From: Felis catus | Lineage: Eukaryota | Reading direction: 5' to 3' | Length of the DNA: 64,000 nucleotides | Assembly: GCF_018350175.1 (NCBI RefSeq) | Contig: NC_058368.1 | Coordinates: forward strand, 193,070,001-193,134,000 | In this document: positions 62,646 to 64,000 of the stretch, one piece after another | Numbering within the stretch: position 1 is the stretch's first letter | Layout: every line of letters starts with the position of its first letter | Program-made: the position numbers and the translations under genes | Notes under the pieces: model-generated | What the model was told of the DNA's origin: nothing | Database searches by the model: none | Seen by the model: the letters and a program-made list of their open reading frames with translations, nothing else

Positions 62646-64000
62646 GCATTTTTTCCCTCTTCCTCCCAAGGACTTACAAACATCTGTGCTCACATGCTGA
62701 GGGAAGTAAATGAAACTGTGGCCTTTCCTCCTGGGCTCTGCCAGTTTTAGGTGTGGGAAGGAGAGGCCACTTAATCCCATTTGAAAGAATCATGGAAAGG
62801 GTAAAAAACTCTCCACTCCCTGGTGAAACAGAAATATTAAATATTTCTTAGAAAAATTCTTTACTGGAGCAACCACACGCATGCTAATAAGAATAGAATT
62901 ATTTTTTTTAAACTTGTTTTTGGGAAATGTTCATAATAAAACATCCTGTACTTGAATTATTAAAAACAATGTTGAGTAAAGAATTGCTTAATTTAGTAAA
63001 TAATTTTAAAGCAAGCCATTATTTTCCCCAAACTTGAATTTGCTGAAAGCACTCCAAGAATTTTATTACCAGCATGACTGCATAATGTAATTGTGTAATT
63101 AGTAATACATCTGACACTGTTGGAGAGATTTAGTTTTACTTAGGGCAAGAACAAGTGTAGTATTTTATTATTTTTTTGAGACTGCATGAGGGACACTGTT
63201 CTGTGTTGCTGGTTGATTTTTTTTTTTTAAATACATTGTCTGGCTGAATTCACAGAGAATGAACCAACATTTATTGTTATTGGGTCTATGGATAGAACAT
63301 GTGATATAAAATTGGAATGACCTGGGTTTGAATCTTGGTGCTGCCTCTTACTACTTATGTTTTCCTTGGGCAAGTTACATAACCAAAATTTCAGATTCTT
63401 TAGCTATAAAATACTAATGAGAATTTTTATTTCGTAAGGTTGCTTTGATTCTTAAATGGGATAATGTACCTAGAAGGCCTAGGGTGGGTGGTGGGTTAGG
63501 TCCCTTTGTCTCTCTTGACGATTCTGTCTGAGTGCTTGATTTTGTGAGTGACTAGGATGATCAGTGTAACATCCAACTTGGGTGTGTTTGCTGTGCACAG
63601 GCTCGGTTTGGTGCGTGAGCTGGGTTGCCAATTATTTCACATAGATTTACCAAGAGAAGCATCTGTTCAAGGAATCTACAACTTACATGCTTATAATGCC
63701 TCCAATTCCAGTTATAAGCACGTTTTACACTGATGAACTTTTCTTGCATTATTGGGTTTGGAGGGACAAATGTTGATTTAGGGAGAGGAGTTAGAAAGCT
63801 AATGCTGTAAACTGATGGAGTGCTGACTTCCGGTTGACTGATGAGGTTGTGTTGTGTCAGAGTCCTAGATTACGGTCCCAGTGTGGAAGGAAGCATTCTA
63901 AACTGACTCCTGTTGACCCTCATCTCCTTATGTCATCTCCTTCCCTTGAGCGTGGGTGAAATCTGTGAATAGGACTGGCTATCACTGTTATGTTATCTGG

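Noticed and set aside
62622..62812. Imperfect direct repeat GGAAGGGGTAAAAACTCT / GGAAAGGGTAAAAAACTCT
   Set aside because: Low-complexity and imperfect, one copy is at an MLT1 terminus, and there is no element between the copies.

Overview
This is mammalian genomic DNA, almost certainly from a felid, judging by the tRNA-derived CanSINEs of SINEC_Fc type and felid/carnivore L1 3' ends. I found no protein-coding gene, RNA gene or CRISPR array that I can support; the ORF track is explained by GC-rich noise, SINEs, L1 ORF2 remnants and a tandem repeat. The window looks intergenic or intronic and repeat-rich: about 15 CanSINEs (most with readable target-site duplications, TSDs), several L1 fragments including two adjacent 5'-inverted (twin-primed) insertions, solo LTRs, hAT-type DNA transposon relics, MIR/L2/L3 relics and microsatellites. 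The points most worth a second look are: a 5-copy 155-bp tandem array interrupted by a young SINE; an exact ISRE plus GAS motif next to promoter-like and splice-like signals at 8.9-9.4 kb; a DR5 retinoic-acid-type element created by an 11-bp duplication; a dense motif cluster beside a solo LTR; and a GC-rich to AT-rich transition near 29.4 kb. Repeat family names come from my recall of consensus sequences, not from a database search. I see no evidence of a novel gene system; all regulatory calls are motif-level hypotheses.
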